DNA of 64,000 bases from Octopus vulgaris. Its lineage: Eukaryota. The position numbers were made by a program, and so were the translations under genes. A model generated the notes under the pieces. The model had not been told where the DNA came from, did not search any database, and saw only the letters and a program-made list of their open reading frames with translations. Location: NCBI GenBank assembly GCA_951406725.2, contig OX597835.1:50406001-50470000 (forward strand). The letters are read 5' to 3'. Positions 62,453-64,000 of this stretch are shown here, in pieces (position 1 is the first letter of the stretch; each line of letters begins with the position of its first letter).

Positions 62453-63735
62453 CGGGTGTCTGAGCTAAATTTGATGATCCCCTTTTTATGTCACCTTTTT
62501 TCAGGAATAGCTTGATGTATTGGTGAACAGCCATTGGTGTTGGGGAACATAAAGGTAAAAGTTGTAGCGGAGAAAAAGTTAGCTGACAACAAAAAAAAGC
62601 TGCCTGCACTGTGATGACTCACACCAAGTCTTAAAATGCTACCTAGTGCTCTCTGACCATTGTAAAGGCTGTTAGACATGATGTGGATAGCTGCAATGGA
62701 GACTATGAAGCTGTGACCAGCAGGAGGGACACAGCAGGCATTCTGTCTGCATTTGCACACTGGAATTAATCAAACAACTGCAGGATAAGGTGTTAGAAGA
62801 GCCAATCCAGGGAATCCAGGCTTTAACAAGGGAGAAGCGTATTGGAGTCGTCAGTATAATGCTAGTCCTGAATGAGGACCTTCACTTCCACTTATACAAG
62901 AGATGCAAGGGACAAATTTTGACAGCCAAGGAGGACAACTTGATGAAGGCAAAGAAACACTTGAACAAGCTGAGGCATTCTGTTCAGCTGAAGATGATCT
63001 GATTCTTCTCAGATGAAAGACAACTTCTGCCAGGACCAGTTGCACAACATGCTAAACAACAGCTGGTTTGCCTACAGTCCATGTGATACATGTCCCATGT
63101 TTTTCCATGTGATACATGTCCCATGTATCATGAAAATCAAGTTCCCCCAAACTGTGATGGTCTGTGCAAGTATTTTCAGGGTGGGTCACATCATGCCACC
63201 CAACATCTTTGAACAGAGCCTTGGGTTCAATTTGGATGATTTTGTGAAGCTCCAAGAAACTCTGGCCAAACCCTGGCTGGAGAGGGTTGCTGCTGGAAGG
63301 CCATATTTGTACTAGTGGGACTTGACTCCTTGTCTTACCTTCTGCAACAGTCAGAAGTGGTTTTTTGGAGAATTTCTATGACTTCACCAGCCCCAATTTC
63401 TGGCCTTCTAATTTCCCTGATTCTGATCCTATGGGGCACAGTTGAAAAAGAGGCCAACTGCTCTACTTGCAAAACCAAGGCCCAGCTGGTGGCCAAGATC
63501 AAGGAGTTATTCAAAGATCTTCCTTGGAACATTGTGAGGAATACAACACCAAGTTCCAGAGCCATCTTGAGGCCATGTTAGAAGCTGAGGGTGGCTACTT
63601 TGAGGAAACTGTTATCTCTTGGCCATAATCTAGTTTTGATGATTTTTTGATTTTTAAAACACTTTCACTTTCGGATGGGATGTTGTGTTTTCTTTTCCCT
63701 TTATGCAAACTGTCAAATTTAACCCAAGCACCCTG
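62453..63735 (+). mobile_element. Full-length decayed DD37D/maT-like transposon (about 1.28 kb)
   Basis: TA-flanked TIRs CGGGTGTCTGAGCTAAATTTGA / TCAAATTTAACCCAAGCACCCTG; remnants FFSDE, KIKFPQTVMV, GHIMPPNIF, KPWLERVAAGRPY; related to 49970-50600. Confidence 0.85.
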
Positions 63736-64000
63736 TAATACTGATTTCTAACGTTGGTACAAGGAACAGATTTTTATGTAGGGTCTAGTTAATTATATAG
63801 TCCTCAGTACATAACTGGTACCAGTGACATAGAACAGGTTTTGGATGAGCTTTGCAGTGACCAAACTTGCCACTTCCACCTTCCTTAAACATAACAAGCC
63901 TTCAACTACAGCCAATAAACTTATATATAAAATGGCCACCCCATGTGAGCTGCACTTCCTGCATAACCCATTGGCTGGTACTTTTTTTTATTGATTCCTG

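Overview
AT-rich eukaryotic genomic DNA. The repeat landscape (TA/CA/TTA microsatellites, tRNA-derived SINEs, R4/Dong-like, RTE and Penelope retroelements) suggests a cephalopod, probably Octopus; this is inference. The whole window lies inside one + strand gene encoding a VPS13A/C-type bridge-like lipid-transfer protein. I could chain 25 GT-AG exons (3019-61917, 3425 nt, about 1141 codons) with consistent phases and no stops. They run from the region just before the FFAT site to just past the '[15 protein letters not shown]' motif; the start and stop codons lie outside the window. The introns hold decayed mobile elements: mariner and DD37D/maT-like transposons, Helitron-like, piggyBac-like and hAT-like MITEs, a solo LTR, LINE fragments and SINEs. 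The most notable non-obvious signals are: (i) several minimal hammerhead-ribozyme motifs at Penelope termini, some sense to the VPS13 pre-mRNA and one locked in a perfect 51-bp hairpin; (ii) a roughly 550-bp non-coding element present three times, full length, in TTA microsatellites; (iii) a phospho-FFAT-like motif on a 58-nt exon; (iv) a PHD-like finger inside an RT domain. I see no firm evidence of a wholly new biological system; these are candidates to test. Exon boundaries were read by hand, and many repeat boundaries are approximate.
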